From: Polyangiales bacterium | Lineage (GTDB): Bacteria; Myxococcota_A; Polyangia; Polyangiales; Polyangiaceae | Reading direction: 5' to 3' | NCBI GenBank assembly: GCA_038231275.1 | Contig: JBBRLQ010000001.1 | Location: 576,001 to 640,000, forward strand | Length of the DNA: 64,000 nucleotides | Shown: positions 22,227 through 30,900 of the stretch, in pieces | Layout of the letters: each line of letters starts with the position of its first letter | Position numbering within the stretch: the stretch's first letter is position 1 | The notes under the pieces: generated by a model | What the model saw: the letters and a program-made list of their open reading frames with translations, nothing else | What the model was told of the DNA's origin: nothing | Databases searched by the model: none | Position numbers and translations under genes: made by a program

Positions 22227-23465
22227 TTACTTGGCGGCAGCCCCGGAGCTCACCATGTCTTTCGCGTTGCCGGCGGCTTTCTCGGCGAGCTCGCCCACGC
22301 GATGGCTCATGTCGCCGGCGGCCTCCTCGGCGCGCCGAAACAGCTTGTCGCGCGCGTCGCCCATGAGAAGATCTTCGCCGTGGGTGCGGGGTAGCGAATA
22401 TCCAATCACCGCGCCGACCGCGACCGCAGCCGCGCCGAGCGCGAGAGGGTTCTCGTGAAGCGTCGTCGTGAACCCCTGTTCCAGGCGCCGCGCTTGCGAC
22501 TGGGCGCCGCGTGCGACGTAGGACGCGGCGTCACTCGCGTTGTGTGCAAGGCTCGCCGAAGCGTCGCGCGCTCCGTGAACGAGTGCCGTGGCCGTATCGG
22601 ACGTTTGGGAAGCGAGGCGACCTGCGAGATCAGTCGCTCCGTGAACGACATTACCGGCCGCGTCCGTCGCAGAATGAACGGCAGTCCCAACCGCGTCCGA
22701 AGCCTGGTTCAGCGTGCTGCCCGCCGCGTCCGTTGCGCGATGAAGGATGTTCCCCACGTTGTCGACCATGTGACCTGCCGCTTGTCCGGCACCACGGAAT
22801 GCGACCTTGATCCCGTTCGATGAGCTGGTGTCGGCGCCCGCTCCGCCTGCGCGCGCTCGTTTGGCGGAGCTTCGGTTCATGAAGAGCCACGCGATGCCGA
22901 TTCCGGCGAGCGCCGCGGGGATGGGATTGTTGCGAACCGTATCGACCAGCGTTTCACGGGTGTCGTTCATGGTGTCTCCGATTGTAGTGGCCAGGTTTTC
23001 GACCCTGCCCAAGGTGGCGGCGCGAATGGCGGTCTTCGCGTCAGTGACGGCTTCTCTGACCTCGCTCTTGACGCTGTCCTTCGCGTCGGCGAGCCCTCTG
23101 CGAATCTTTTCTTCCGTGCGATCGAGCTCCTCGGCGATGTCCTTTTTCACGGTGTCGTGAACATCGGCGAGCCCCTTCCTCAACTTGGACTCTGCTACTT
23201 CCATCTCCGCGTGGAGAAAGCCCTTGGCCTCGAGTAACTCCTCTTTGACCAAGGTTTTGGCTTCGGCCAAGTGCTCTCGCACGACCTCGCGGACCTTCTC
23301 CTCGACGTGGTGAAGCTCGCCGCGAATTTCTGCAGGGCTCAAGCGCGTTTCGAGCGCGGCAAGAGTTCCCGTCAGCTCGGCACGTGTCTTCTCGATCCCC
23401 TGCACGAGCCGAGTGGTTTCCGAATTTTGCTCCGCGCCATCTTTCGGCTTCTCAGTTGCGCTCAT
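22227..23465 (-). CDS. DUF3618-type protein with amphipathic (apolipoprotein/LEA-like) repeats
   Basis: IEKTRAELTGTLAALETRLSP N-terminus; NPIPAALAGIGIAWL and ENPLALGAAAVAVGAVIG...LPRT..ED.LMGD.RD motifs. Confidence 0.85.
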   Translation of the reverse strand: MSATEKPKDGAEQNSETTRLVQGIEKTRAELTGTLAALETRLSPAEIRGELHHVEEKVREVVREHLAEAKTLVKEELLEAKGFLHAEMEVAESKLRKGLADVHDTVKKDIAEELDRTEEKIRRGLADAKDSVKSEVREAVTDAKTAIRAATLGRVENLATTIGDTMNDTRETLVDTVRNNPIPAALAGIGIAWLFMNRSSAKRARAGGAGADTSSSNGIKVAFRGAGQAAGHMVDNVGNILHRATDAAGSTLNQASDAVGTAVHSATDAAGNVVHGATDLAGRLASQTSDTATALVHGARDASASLAHNASDAASYVARGAQSQARRLEQGFTTTLHENPLALGAAAVAVGAVIGYSLPRTHGEDLLMGDARDKLFRRAEEAAGDMSHRVGELAEKAAGNAKDMVSSGAAAK

Positions 23466-23856
23466 CGAGCTTCTCCTTTACCCACGCGCCGTCGTCCTTG
23501 AGCGTGTTCAGTGTTTGCCGGGGCACCAGATCAAGATTCCGGAGTGTGCCCAATCCCTTCGCGAGCATCATCGCGCCCGTGAGCGTCGCGAGCGCCCCGA
23601 CGATGACCGCGGAGAGCCATGTCGGCACGACGGCAGCCAAGCCAAACACCAGCGCGACGGCGAGGACGAGTACTCCCGCATGAAGCACAGCCCCACCGAG
23701 GCCAACCATCCCGACGGCTCGCCCCGCGTGGGTGGCCTTCTGCGCCATCTCGGTCGTGACCAGACGGACCTCTTGCCGCATCAGCGACGCCGTCGAATTG
23801 GCGAGCGTTCCAAGCAGGTCGCCCACGGTCGGCTCGCTCTTCTCCGCGAGCATCAC
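23452..23856 (-). CDS. Phage-holin-family (DUF1469-like) membrane protein
   Basis: TVGDLLGTLANSTASLMRQEVRLVTTEM, 2 TM, PRQTLNTLKDD..WVKE. Confidence 0.88.
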   Translation of the reverse strand: MMLAEKSEPTVGDLLGTLANSTASLMRQEVRLVTTEMAQKATHAGRAVGMVGLGGAVLHAGVLVLAVALVFGLAAVVPTWLSAVIVGALATLTGAMMLAKGLGTLRNLDLVPRQTLNTLKDDGAWVKEKLDERN

Positions 23857-24548
23857 GACGCTCCGGGGCTCTTCTTCGACCGCTCCCCGTTGCCGCCGCC
23901 GTTCTCGCTCTTGAACGGCGCAGCGCCTGCGGCGGACGACGCGTTCTTTAAGCTCTGCGACGTGTGGTCACCAAGAGGGCGCGACTGGACGTCGCGGCGG
24001 TTCCCATCCGCGCTTTGTACATTCTTCGAAGCCTTGCGCGGCTCGCTCTCCCGGGCCCCGCCGCTGGTGCGTGGCGATTCCGGATGCGAGCTCTTCAGAA
24101 AGCGACCGCCGATCAGTCCAACGACGAGCGCGCCGCCCAAGAAGAGAGCCGGCTCCCGACGTGCGAACTGCTTCACGTCGCCGACGAGCTGGGAAAGGGA
24201 TCGGTCCTTCAAATAGGAAGAAGCCGCATCCACTTTCTGCGCGGCTTGGTCGAGGTACGCGGGGAGCGCGCCATCGTCGTCCAGACGCATCTGGTCACCG
24301 GTCTTGCGAAGCGCATCCGCGACGCTGCCGAGCCCGTCTGCGGCCTTCGACTTTCCGAGCGTGATCTGCGATTCAGCTGCTTTCTTGGTCTGCCCGGCGA
24401 CGTCCTCGGCCAGATGCTTCGCGCCCGCTGTGAAATCGTGCGCGCCCGTGACGACGGCGGTCTTCAGCGCCTTCGCCGCGGCGTCTCCTTCTTTCGGGGA
24501 GGACAGTTCAGGTGTTTTGGTTCCGCTTGTCGAGGTCTCGATGGCCAT
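23853..24548 (-). CDS. ElaB/YqjD-like (DUF883-related) stress protein
   Basis: Helical repeats then FARREPALFLGGALVVGLIGGRFLKSS; first gene of an overlapping trio. Confidence 0.8.
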   Translation of the reverse strand: MAIETSTSGTKTPELSSPKEGDAAAKALKTAVVTGAHDFTAGAKHLAEDVAGQTKKAAESQITLGKSKAADGLGSVADALRKTGDQMRLDDDGALPAYLDQAAQKVDAASSYLKDRSLSQLVGDVKQFARREPALFLGGALVVGLIGGRFLKSSHPESPRTSGGARESEPRKASKNVQSADGNRRDVQSRPLGDHTSQSLKNASSAAGAAPFKSENGGGNGERSKKSPGAS

Positions 24549-24598
24549 GTTCGTTCCTGCTCCTTGGACCGGGTTTCCACTCCGCGGTCGGCCCTCTT

Positions 24599-24614
24599 TG
24601 CGCAGATTGTGCCA
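24599..24614 (-). promoter_or_regulatory. Putative sigma54 promoter of the stress trio
   Basis: Minus-strand TGGCACAATCTGCGCA, GG-N10-GC, about 50 nt before the ATG. Confidence 0.6.
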
Positions 24615-24744
24615 GCGGCCACGCTCCTAAATTTTGTGCGCTCGGTATCGCGCAGCGCGCGCTGCATTTGCGTCATCCGAGGCGCAAATGAAGGCAGCGC
24701 GGTCCGTTCGATCGACAACGCGATTCGCAACCACCTCGAGTGGA

Positions 24745-25054
24745 TCAGGCGACGAGCTTCGCGAGCACCGCGCCGTACACCCAGTGGGCGATCACCATCG
24801 ACGCAGGTCGTCCCGAGCGATCATTTTTCGGAGACCGCATGATCCCGAGCGCCGGAACCCATCCCGCATAGCTCAGCGCCACCACATGGGCGATCCCAAC
24901 CTGGTGTCCGCGTCCCGGTGAGCCCCACCTTCTGAGCTACGAGCATCACGACCGACATCGCGGCGGTGGCAGCGACGCCGGCGGCCAAGCCGCGCGCGCC
25001 ACCTTCGGCTGCCAGTTGGAGAGCGGTGGGCCTAGTCGGCGATTCGAGCCTCAT
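24745..25054 (-). pseudogene. Frameshifted, internally deleted membrane-protein gene (DUF6789/DUF1440-like)
   Basis: GLAAGVAATAAMSVVMLVAQKVGLTG in one frame; SYAGWVPALGIMRSPKNDRSGRPASMVIAHWVYGAVLAKLVA* in another; frame switch near 24900. Confidence 0.7.
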
Positions 25055-25121
25055 CCTGCGCTCAAGGGAGCAAACGGCGGGTCTGCAAGCGGCCGCCCCG
25101 CGGAGCTGCCTCGTCATTAGG

Positions 25122-25137
25122 TGGCCCGACCTTTGCT
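25122..25137 (+). promoter_or_regulatory. Putative sigma54 promoter of the entericidin-like lipoprotein
   Basis: TGGCCCGACCTTTGCT, GG-N10-GC. Confidence 0.7.
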
Positions 25138-25199
25138 GATGACGCGAGTTCTGCTTCGGAACGGTCAATCTGGAAAATGAAGGATCAAGGAGAAGGACG

Positions 25200-25388
25200 A
25201 TGAAGGTGTTCGTTGCAAGTCTCAGCGTGCTCGCGGCCATGATGGTGGGGTGGGGCTGCGGGGGCGGTACCCAGCAGACGACCGATCGCGCAGGCCAGGA
25301 CATCAAGGACGGGGCGAAGACGACGGCGCACGACGTCGAGACGGTGGGCGCAGGCCATGGGGACGCTGGATCGCTGAACTCGCACTGA
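25200..25388 (+). CDS. Small entericidin-like lipoprotein
   Basis: AGGAG SD; lipobox VGWGC; TTDRAGQDIKDGAKTT resembles the EcnA/B TxxGxGxDI motif. Confidence 0.7.
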   Translation: MKVFVASLSVLAAMMVGWGCGGGTQQTTDRAGQDIKDGAKTTAHDVETVGAGHGDAGSLNSH

Positions 25389-25564
25389 GACGAGTTCTCC
25401 GACACATCACGCCATGCGTACGACGCCGTCGGGACGTCCGGCGGCGTCGAGAATGCGCGCGAGGTAGGGCGCGGTCCGGCTTTCGTGTGCGCGCGCGATC
25501 GCCGCAGGGTGGCCGAATGCCACGACGCGCCCGCCTTCCTCGCCGGCGCCCGGGCCGATGTCGA

Positions 25565-26107
25565 TCACGTGGTACCGCCCGCGTCGACACGCGTGCCACG
25601 CGGCGGAGGCGCGGCCGTAGGGAGTAGCCGCATGATCTCGTCGAGCCGCTCGCTACGGATGCCCACCCAGCACGGGAAGATCGGCGCGCGCTCGCGCGGC
25701 ATGAGGCGAAGCTCGCGCACGCCCTTCTCGTCCACCTCGGTCGGCGGCAGCAGCGCGAAGCAGGGGTAGCCGTACTCGAGATCACTCGGCGGCTCGCCGC
25801 GACGGTACCCGACGTAGCGCACGACGCACGCCTCCGAGCCGAGCCCGTGCTGCGCCACGACGATGCGCCGATCCGTCACCCGCACCCGGCCGCGCTGGTA
25901 GACCATTGAGTTGATCAAGGCGCGCTGGAAGGGAAGGGCGGCGTAGCGGACCTCGAGCTCGAGGAGCGTCGTCTCCCCCTCGAGCGGCACCAGGCGATCG
26001 AGCATCGCCTTTCGGCCGTTTTTCACGCCGACCGCGATCACCGCGATCGCGACGACGGCGAACAGGCCGAGGAAGATCGGAAACGGGTTGTCCATCGCGG
26101 CGCTCAT
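25565..26107 (-). CDS. Hypothetical membrane-anchored protein
   Basis: N-terminal TM; GRVRVTDRRIVV (PH-like) segment. Confidence 0.65.
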   Translation of the reverse strand: MSAAMDNPFPIFLGLFAVVAIAVIAVGVKNGRKAMLDRLVPLEGETTLLELEVRYAALPFQRALINSMVYQRGRVRVTDRRIVVAQHGLGSEACVVRYVGYRRGEPPSDLEYGYPCFALLPPTEVDEKGVRELRLMPRERAPIFPCWVGIRSERLDEIMRLLPTAAPPPRGTRVDAGGTT

Positions 26108-26208
26108 CGTCTCATGGATCGAAGCGGCGGCACCGGCAGGGTCTGCCGCCGATGGCGGCGCGCCGAGACATGCGGCATCATCTCCGCCTGTACAAGAAGG
26201 AGGACGCG

Positions 26209-26499
26209 ATGGGGATAATGGGAGATCGCTACGAGGGGACCTTCGACGGGCACGCGATCGAGCTCGTTCGCAACAACCAGCACAAGACGCTGAACCTCGT
26301 CATCGACGGCGCGGTCGTCGCGTCCGAGCAACGGTGGGTGCCAAAGGAGCTCGAGCTCCACGCCGAGTTCGAGCACAAGGGCGCCAAGCACACGGTCGTA
26401 GCGCACCAGCATCTGAAGAAGATCCTCGGCCTGCCCATCGACACCGACGACAGCATCGAGATCGACGGTCGGCCCCTTCCGCTGAAGAAGACGAAGTGA
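26209..26499 (+). CDS. Hypothetical beta-rich protein
   Basis: AAGGAGG SD; 96 aa with GC3-biased codons. Confidence 0.8.
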   Translation: MGIMGDRYEGTFDGHAIELVRNNQHKTLNLVIDGAVVASEQRWVPKELELHAEFEHKGAKHTVVAHQHLKKILGLPIDTDDSIEIDGRPLPLKKTK

Positions 26500-26720
26500 C
26501 GCCGGGCGCGACCCTCGCCGGAGGTCTCGCGCTCCTCGCCGGCTGCTGGTTCCCGGGCGACCCGATGCGCAACGCGGACAAGAGGCCCGTGGAGTCGAGC
26601 CCCTGCCCTCCGAATCCGGCGGGGAAGGCGTGTGACCTCCATCGTGGGCGACGCTGCGCCGGGGGGAAGGACTGGGACTACGTGTGCGAAGGGGGGACCT
26701 GGCGGCAGGACGGGACGTGA
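26496..26720 (+). CDS. Small Cys-rich lipoprotein
   Basis: GTGA overlap; lipobox LLAGC; CP...C...C...YVCEGGTW. Confidence 0.65.
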   Translation: MTPGATLAGGLALLAGCWFPGDPMRNADKRPVESSPCPPNPAGKACDLHRGRRCAGGKDWDYVCEGGTWRQDGT

Positions 26721-26768
26721 GTCTTGCGCGTGTGCGGCTGAGGTAAGGGCAGGTACCTGTTCGACGTC

Positions 26769-26987
26769 ATGGTTCGCGCCCCACGCAACCTCCCCGAGGA
26801 AGAGCGGCGCGAGCTGGCGTCCGCGGACGCCGTCGACATCATCGTCTCCTTCGTCACGATCCAGAAGCCGCCCATCACCTTGCCCGTCGTCGTCGCGGCG
26901 GTGTTCGTCCTGCTCGTCGTCATCCCCGCCGCGGTGTCGCTCCTCAGCAACAAGGGCGCCGTGTGCCTGAAGGACTGCGACTGGTAG
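26769..26987 (+). CDS. Small hypothetical membrane protein
   Basis: 72 aa, one TM, C-terminal CLKDCDW. Confidence 0.5.
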   Translation: MVRAPRNLPEEERRELASADAVDIIVSFVTIQKPPITLPVVVAAVFVLLVVIPAAVSLLSNKGAVCLKDCDW

Positions 26988-27167
26988 CGACGAGCTCGTC
27001 GAACGAGTGGGTCGCGCCTGCCGGCGACCGATGTCGGCCCCCGCCGAGGTGTCAGCCACTACGTTTGGATTTCACGGGCGCGTGGCGTTCTGGCGCTCCG
27101 AGCCGTTCTGCCACATCCCGCCGGGGAAAGACGCGAATGCTTTCGCGAGACGCGGTACGGCGATCGG

Positions 27168-27183
27168 CGGCCGGGCTCTTGCA
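27168..27183 (+). promoter_or_regulatory. Putative sigma54 promoter (near-leaderless)
   Basis: CGGCCGGGCTCTTGCA; predicted TSS falls at about the ATG at 27195. Confidence 0.55.
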
Positions 27184-27194
27184 CTGCGACGTGC

Positions 27195-27788
27195 ATGACG
27201 TCCAAGCTCGTGCACCGCCGTCCGCTGATCTCCTGTCTGTTCCTCTCGCTTGGCCTCGCGGCCGCCGGCTCCGCGTGCAGCAGCAGCTCGGCGGCGCCTG
27301 CGATCGTGGTGAGCAACGGCGACAGTGGCGGCGTCGGCGGCAACGCGAGCCTCACCGGCGCGTTCGGCGCCGATGCCATTCGTCCAATCGTAGCCGCGTA
27401 TTGGATCGGACTGCCCGGCGATGCATCCGAGTCCGGCGGCGGCCCCTTTGTCTACCTCTTCTCCACCCCCGTCACGTGCAACGACCTGTCGAAGGGATCG
27501 GGCTGGGCACCGTCGCTTCCCGCGGACGCGCAAGCCATGGAGATGATCATCGGCGTTACGGCGTCAGGGGTCGCAGCGAATGCGTCACCGCACGCCGGCG
27601 CGAACCTCTCCGAGGTGAACTACTTCGGGCAGTCGAGCACGGAGGCACGCGCGACCGCGGGCAGCGTCACGCTCACGAAATACACCAAAGACGTGGCCGT
27701 CGACGGAACCGTCGACGTGACGTTCCCGACCGGTAGCGCGAAGGGGACCTTCCACGCCACGTGGTGCCCCGGCGGCCACGAGCGCTAG
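27195..27788 (+). CDS. Hypothetical lipoprotein
   Basis: Lipobox AGSAC; C-terminal GSVTLT...VDGTVDVTF..GSAKGTFHATWC beta-sandwich. Confidence 0.8.
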   Translation: MTSKLVHRRPLISCLFLSLGLAAAGSACSSSSAAPAIVVSNGDSGGVGGNASLTGAFGADAIRPIVAAYWIGLPGDASESGGGPFVYLFSTPVTCNDLSKGSGWAPSLPADAQAMEMIIGVTASGVAANASPHAGANLSEVNYFGQSSTEARATAGSVTLTKYTKDVAVDGTVDVTFPTGSAKGTFHATWCPGGHER

Positions 27789-28306
27789 CGCGGCGCATCG
27801 TCGAGCGGCACGTCCGGCGGCAGCTCGTCCCCGAGCGCGCCGCGCGTCGCGACGCTACCCTCACTCAGCCCGTCTGAAACCAGAGCCTGGCCGCTCGAGG
27901 CGCGCGGCCGCCACATCGCCGTCCTTAATTAATCCGGAACGCGCTGTCCTGCGCGTCGCCGTCTCGGTAGTTCGTCCACACGATGTGGTACCGCGCGAGA
28001 GCGTCCGCGCCGAAAGAACGCAGGATCGTTGCTTCAACGGCGGATCGCCAGGCGGCATCTTCCTTCACTGAAACCTGTCGATGGACGGGCAACGCCGTGC
28101 GCGCCTCGTAGCCGAGCCCAACCTGCGCCTCGAGCCGGCGAACCATCTCCTCGCGCTGGGCGATTAGCTCTTCGAACTTGGCGGCCCAGCGACGCGGATG
28201 GCGAGTTCCCGTCGTGTCGCTCTCGCGTCCAACGCGACCCATGGGGCGTAAACGAGCGTGCGCGCGCGGAGTGCGAGCATCCCGTTTCAGCGCTGTCAGC
28301 GCAGCC

Positions 28307-28381
28307 CTACCTGAACCCGAGCCAGGAGAGTACAGCGAGGATGATGACAACCAGTCCGACGATATAGATGATCTTGTTCAT
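28307..28381 (-). CDS. 24-aa single-TM small protein MNKIIYIVGLVVIILAVLSWLGFR
   Basis: CAGGAGAACTC-ATG SD, one hydrophobic helix, TAG stop, upstream sigma54 motif; below the ORF-track cutoff. Confidence 0.8.
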   Translation of the reverse strand: MNKIIYIVGLVVIILAVLSWLGFR

Positions 28382-28445
28382 GAGTTCTCCTGGGAGCAAT
28401 CCGCACGCGGTGCGCTTCGGCCCCCGCCGATTCCTCTCTCTCCTC

Positions 28446-28461
28446 AGCAAGCCTCATGCCG
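28446..28461 (-). promoter_or_regulatory. Putative sigma54 promoter of the 24-aa protein
   Basis: Minus-strand CGGCATGAGGCTTGCT, GG-N10-GC. Confidence 0.65.
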
Positions 28462-28557
28462 GTCCTGACGCGTGCGGCCCAGGGCGGCGCGGACTCATGG
28501 TAAAGTGACAATCGACGAGGTGCGTCCTCGCGAGGACTCCGGGGAGGGCTTGGTCGC

Positions 28558-30705
28558 ATGCGTCAGAGTTGGTTCTCGTCTGTCGGAGCGGCCGTCGCGC
28601 TCGTCGTGGCCTGCAAGGCGTCATCGACCGGACCCGTGTCAGGGACGTTTCCGCTCGCGGTGGGACCGGCGGGCGGCACGGTGGAGGGACTGCCGGGCAC
28701 GGCGCTCGAGGGGGTGCGCCTCGAGATTCCGGCCGGCGCGCTCGATCGCACCGTCGTCCTCGACGCCTACCCTGCGACCGAGGACGTGCTTCTCGGCCCG
28801 ACCGCGTCGTTCGTCGGTCCGAAGGTTGCGCTGCTCCCCGACTCCGCCCATTTCTCTGCGCCGATCCGCCTGACCGTTCCCTTCGTGCCCGCCTCGGTCG
28901 AAGACTTCGAGCAAACCGCCGCCGACTGCCGCGTGTGGTTCGAGCGCGACGGGGTTTGGTCGCAGGTTGCACGCGTCGCCTCGACCCTCGCCACCGTGAC
29001 CGTAGAGGTCGACACGCTCGGCCACGCGGCGGCCGGGGTCGTGTTCGCGTCGAAGCCCGCGTCGGGGACCACGCCCGCGACGTGCGACAGCCCGACGGGC
29101 TTCTGCGTCGACCCGCTCGCGGGGCCGCTCGGCGCGGGCGCGCAGCCTTCCTCGCTGTCGTCGATCGTCGGCGGCCGCTTCGCGTACCACCGCGCCGATC
29201 CCGTGAAGGTGGACGCGTCCGGAGTCCGCACGCGCAGCTACGGCGTCGTCCAATACGACGTAGCCACGGGAAAGCCAGTGCTCGAGACGCCGAAGTTCGT
29301 GACGACGAGCGAGCCCGGCCGCGTGCTCTCCATCGCGAGCCGCGTCTCCGTGGCGCCCGACGGGACGTTCTGGTTCGCGGTTCCAGGGTACGGCGCAGTC
29401 CAGTATCTTCCGAAGAGCGCGGCAACGCAGGGGGTCGACGCGACCGGCGCGTTCGTACCGTCGCACGTGGCGGTCGCGCCCGACGGGCGACGGTTCCGCT
29501 TCGAGGTCACCGGCGGATTTGCCGGAAAGCCGGCTGCCTCGCTGGCGGTCACGACCGAGCTCGACGGAAAAGCGGACGCCCGCGTGGTGCTCGAGTCGTT
29601 CACGACGCTGGGATTTCTCGACGCCGTGCCCGTCGCCAGCGAAGACGCGCGGAAGGCCCTCGCGTACGTCGTGCCGCCCGCGCAAGGCTTGGCCATCGCG
29701 AAGGAGCTCGTGGCGAACACGCCGACGACCCCGCTGCCGCTTCCCCCCGAGGTCGCGAAGATCGACTTTGCGACGAACGCGCTCGACGAGCTCGCCGTGA
29801 GCGCCGACGGTGACCTGGTGGCGGTGTCGCTGGCGAAGCCCGACGCGCTCGGCGCGCGCGTGTACGTCCGCTCGCGCGACGGGAAGGTCTCCCGCAGCGT
29901 GAAGGGGTTACCGAACCTCGCGGGCATGGAGTTCGCGAGCGACAACGCGCTGTGGGCCTTCGGCGCGACCAACGCGGAGATTTACCGCATCGACCCGGGC
30001 TCGGGCGCCGTGCAAACCGTCGCGCTGACGACGGAGACGCCGGGCACGAAGGCCTACGCCGACCACATTCCGGTCGCTCTCCGCGGCGTCGGAGCCGGCG
30101 TGGTGCTCGTCGTCATCGGCTCATCCCCCTACGTGGTCGTCACCGTGCATCCGTCCGCGCCGAGCTGCACCGCGGCCGGCACGTGCAGCAGCCACGGGAG
30201 CTGCGCGGGCCCCGACACATGCGTGTGCAACGTCGGGTTCGCGGGCGCCAGCTGCAACCAGTGCGCGCTCGATTACTTCGGCTACCCGGCGTGCACCCAG
30301 TGCCTGGCCGCCACGACGTGCAACGGTCACGGGCTCTGCACCCCCAGCGGCGCGTGCGCGTGCAACTCGGAATTCGCCGGAGCGGGGTGCGCGCAGTGCG
30401 CGGCGAGCTTCTTCAACTACCCGACGTGCACGTTCTGCCAGGCGGCCGCGACCTGCAACGCCCACGGTACGTGCACTCTGCAAGGTTCCTGCGCCTGCAC
30501 TGCCGGATTTGCGAGCGCGGGATGCGATCAGTGCGCGACCAATTTCTTCAACTACCCGACGTGCACGTTCTGCCAGCCGGCCACGACGTGCAACGGCCAC
30601 GGCACGTGCAACCCGCAGGGTGGCTGCGCGTGCAACACGGGCTACGCCGGAGCGGCGTGCGACCAGTGCGCGGCAGGGTTCACCGGCTACCCCAACTGCG
30701 TGTAG
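28558..30705 (+). CDS. Surface lipoprotein: ZU5-like domain, beta-propeller-like region, four laminin-type EGF repeats
   Basis: Lipobox LVVAC; VGPAGGTV...LEIPAGAL (ZU5-like); four C-terminal 45-aa 8-Cys repeats. Confidence 0.85.
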   Translation: MRQSWFSSVGAAVALVVACKASSTGPVSGTFPLAVGPAGGTVEGLPGTALEGVRLEIPAGALDRTVVLDAYPATEDVLLGPTASFVGPKVALLPDSAHFSAPIRLTVPFVPASVEDFEQTAADCRVWFERDGVWSQVARVASTLATVTVEVDTLGHAAAGVVFASKPASGTTPATCDSPTGFCVDPLAGPLGAGAQPSSLSSIVGGRFAYHRADPVKVDASGVRTRSYGVVQYDVATGKPVLETPKFVTTSEPGRVLSIASRVSVAPDGTFWFAVPGYGAVQYLPKSAATQGVDATGAFVPSHVAVAPDGRRFRFEVTGGFAGKPAASLAVTTELDGKADARVVLESFTTLGFLDAVPVASEDARKALAYVVPPAQGLAIAKELVANTPTTPLPLPPEVAKIDFATNALDELAVSADGDLVAVSLAKPDALGARVYVRSRDGKVSRSVKGLPNLAGMEFASDNALWAFGATNAEIYRIDPGSGAVQTVALTTETPGTKAYADHIPVALRGVGAGVVLVVIGSSPYVVVTVHPSAPSCTAAGTCSSHGSCAGPDTCVCNVGFAGASCNQCALDYFGYPACTQCLAATTCNGHGLCTPSGACACNSEFAGAGCAQCAASFFNYPTCTFCQAAATCNAHGTCTLQGSCACTAGFASAGCDQCATNFFNYPTCTFCQPATTCNGHGTCNPQGGCACNTGYAGAACDQCAAGFTGYPNCV
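30166..30702 (+). repeat. Four tandem 135-bp coding repeats (laminin-EGF-like)
   Basis: CCGACGTGCACGTTCTGCCAG occurs at 30421 and 30556, 135 bp apart. Confidence 0.9.
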
Positions 30706-30900
30706 CCCCGAACGGGACGCCCCCGGACCTCCGAGTGCTTTTGCCTAAGCAGCGGGCGGGTTCGTCGCGTTGTGCCCGACCGGCGGAACGCTGACGAACG
30801 CCGACCCGATGCACCTGCCTGCGTCGACCGACTAGACCCGCGTCCGGTTCGATCTCTCGAGTAGGTTCATGTCCCCGGTCGAGACTTCGAAACCGTTTCG

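Noticed and set aside
23452-23856. Holin as evidence of a phage lysis cassette
   Set aside because: No endolysin nearby; the context is the common DUF883-like/holin-like/DUF3618 stress trio
27861-28240. Possible minus-strand gene (KFEELIAQREEMVRRLE...)
   Set aside because: No clear start or family, ends abruptly; may be a remnant but cannot be supported
15942-28500. Intact prophage or integrative element at tRNA-Arg
   Set aside because: No integrase, phage structural genes or duplicated tRNA 3' end were seen
30166-30702. Tandem repeats as a CRISPR array
   Set aside because: They are 135-bp in-frame coding repeats without unique spacers, and no cas genes are present
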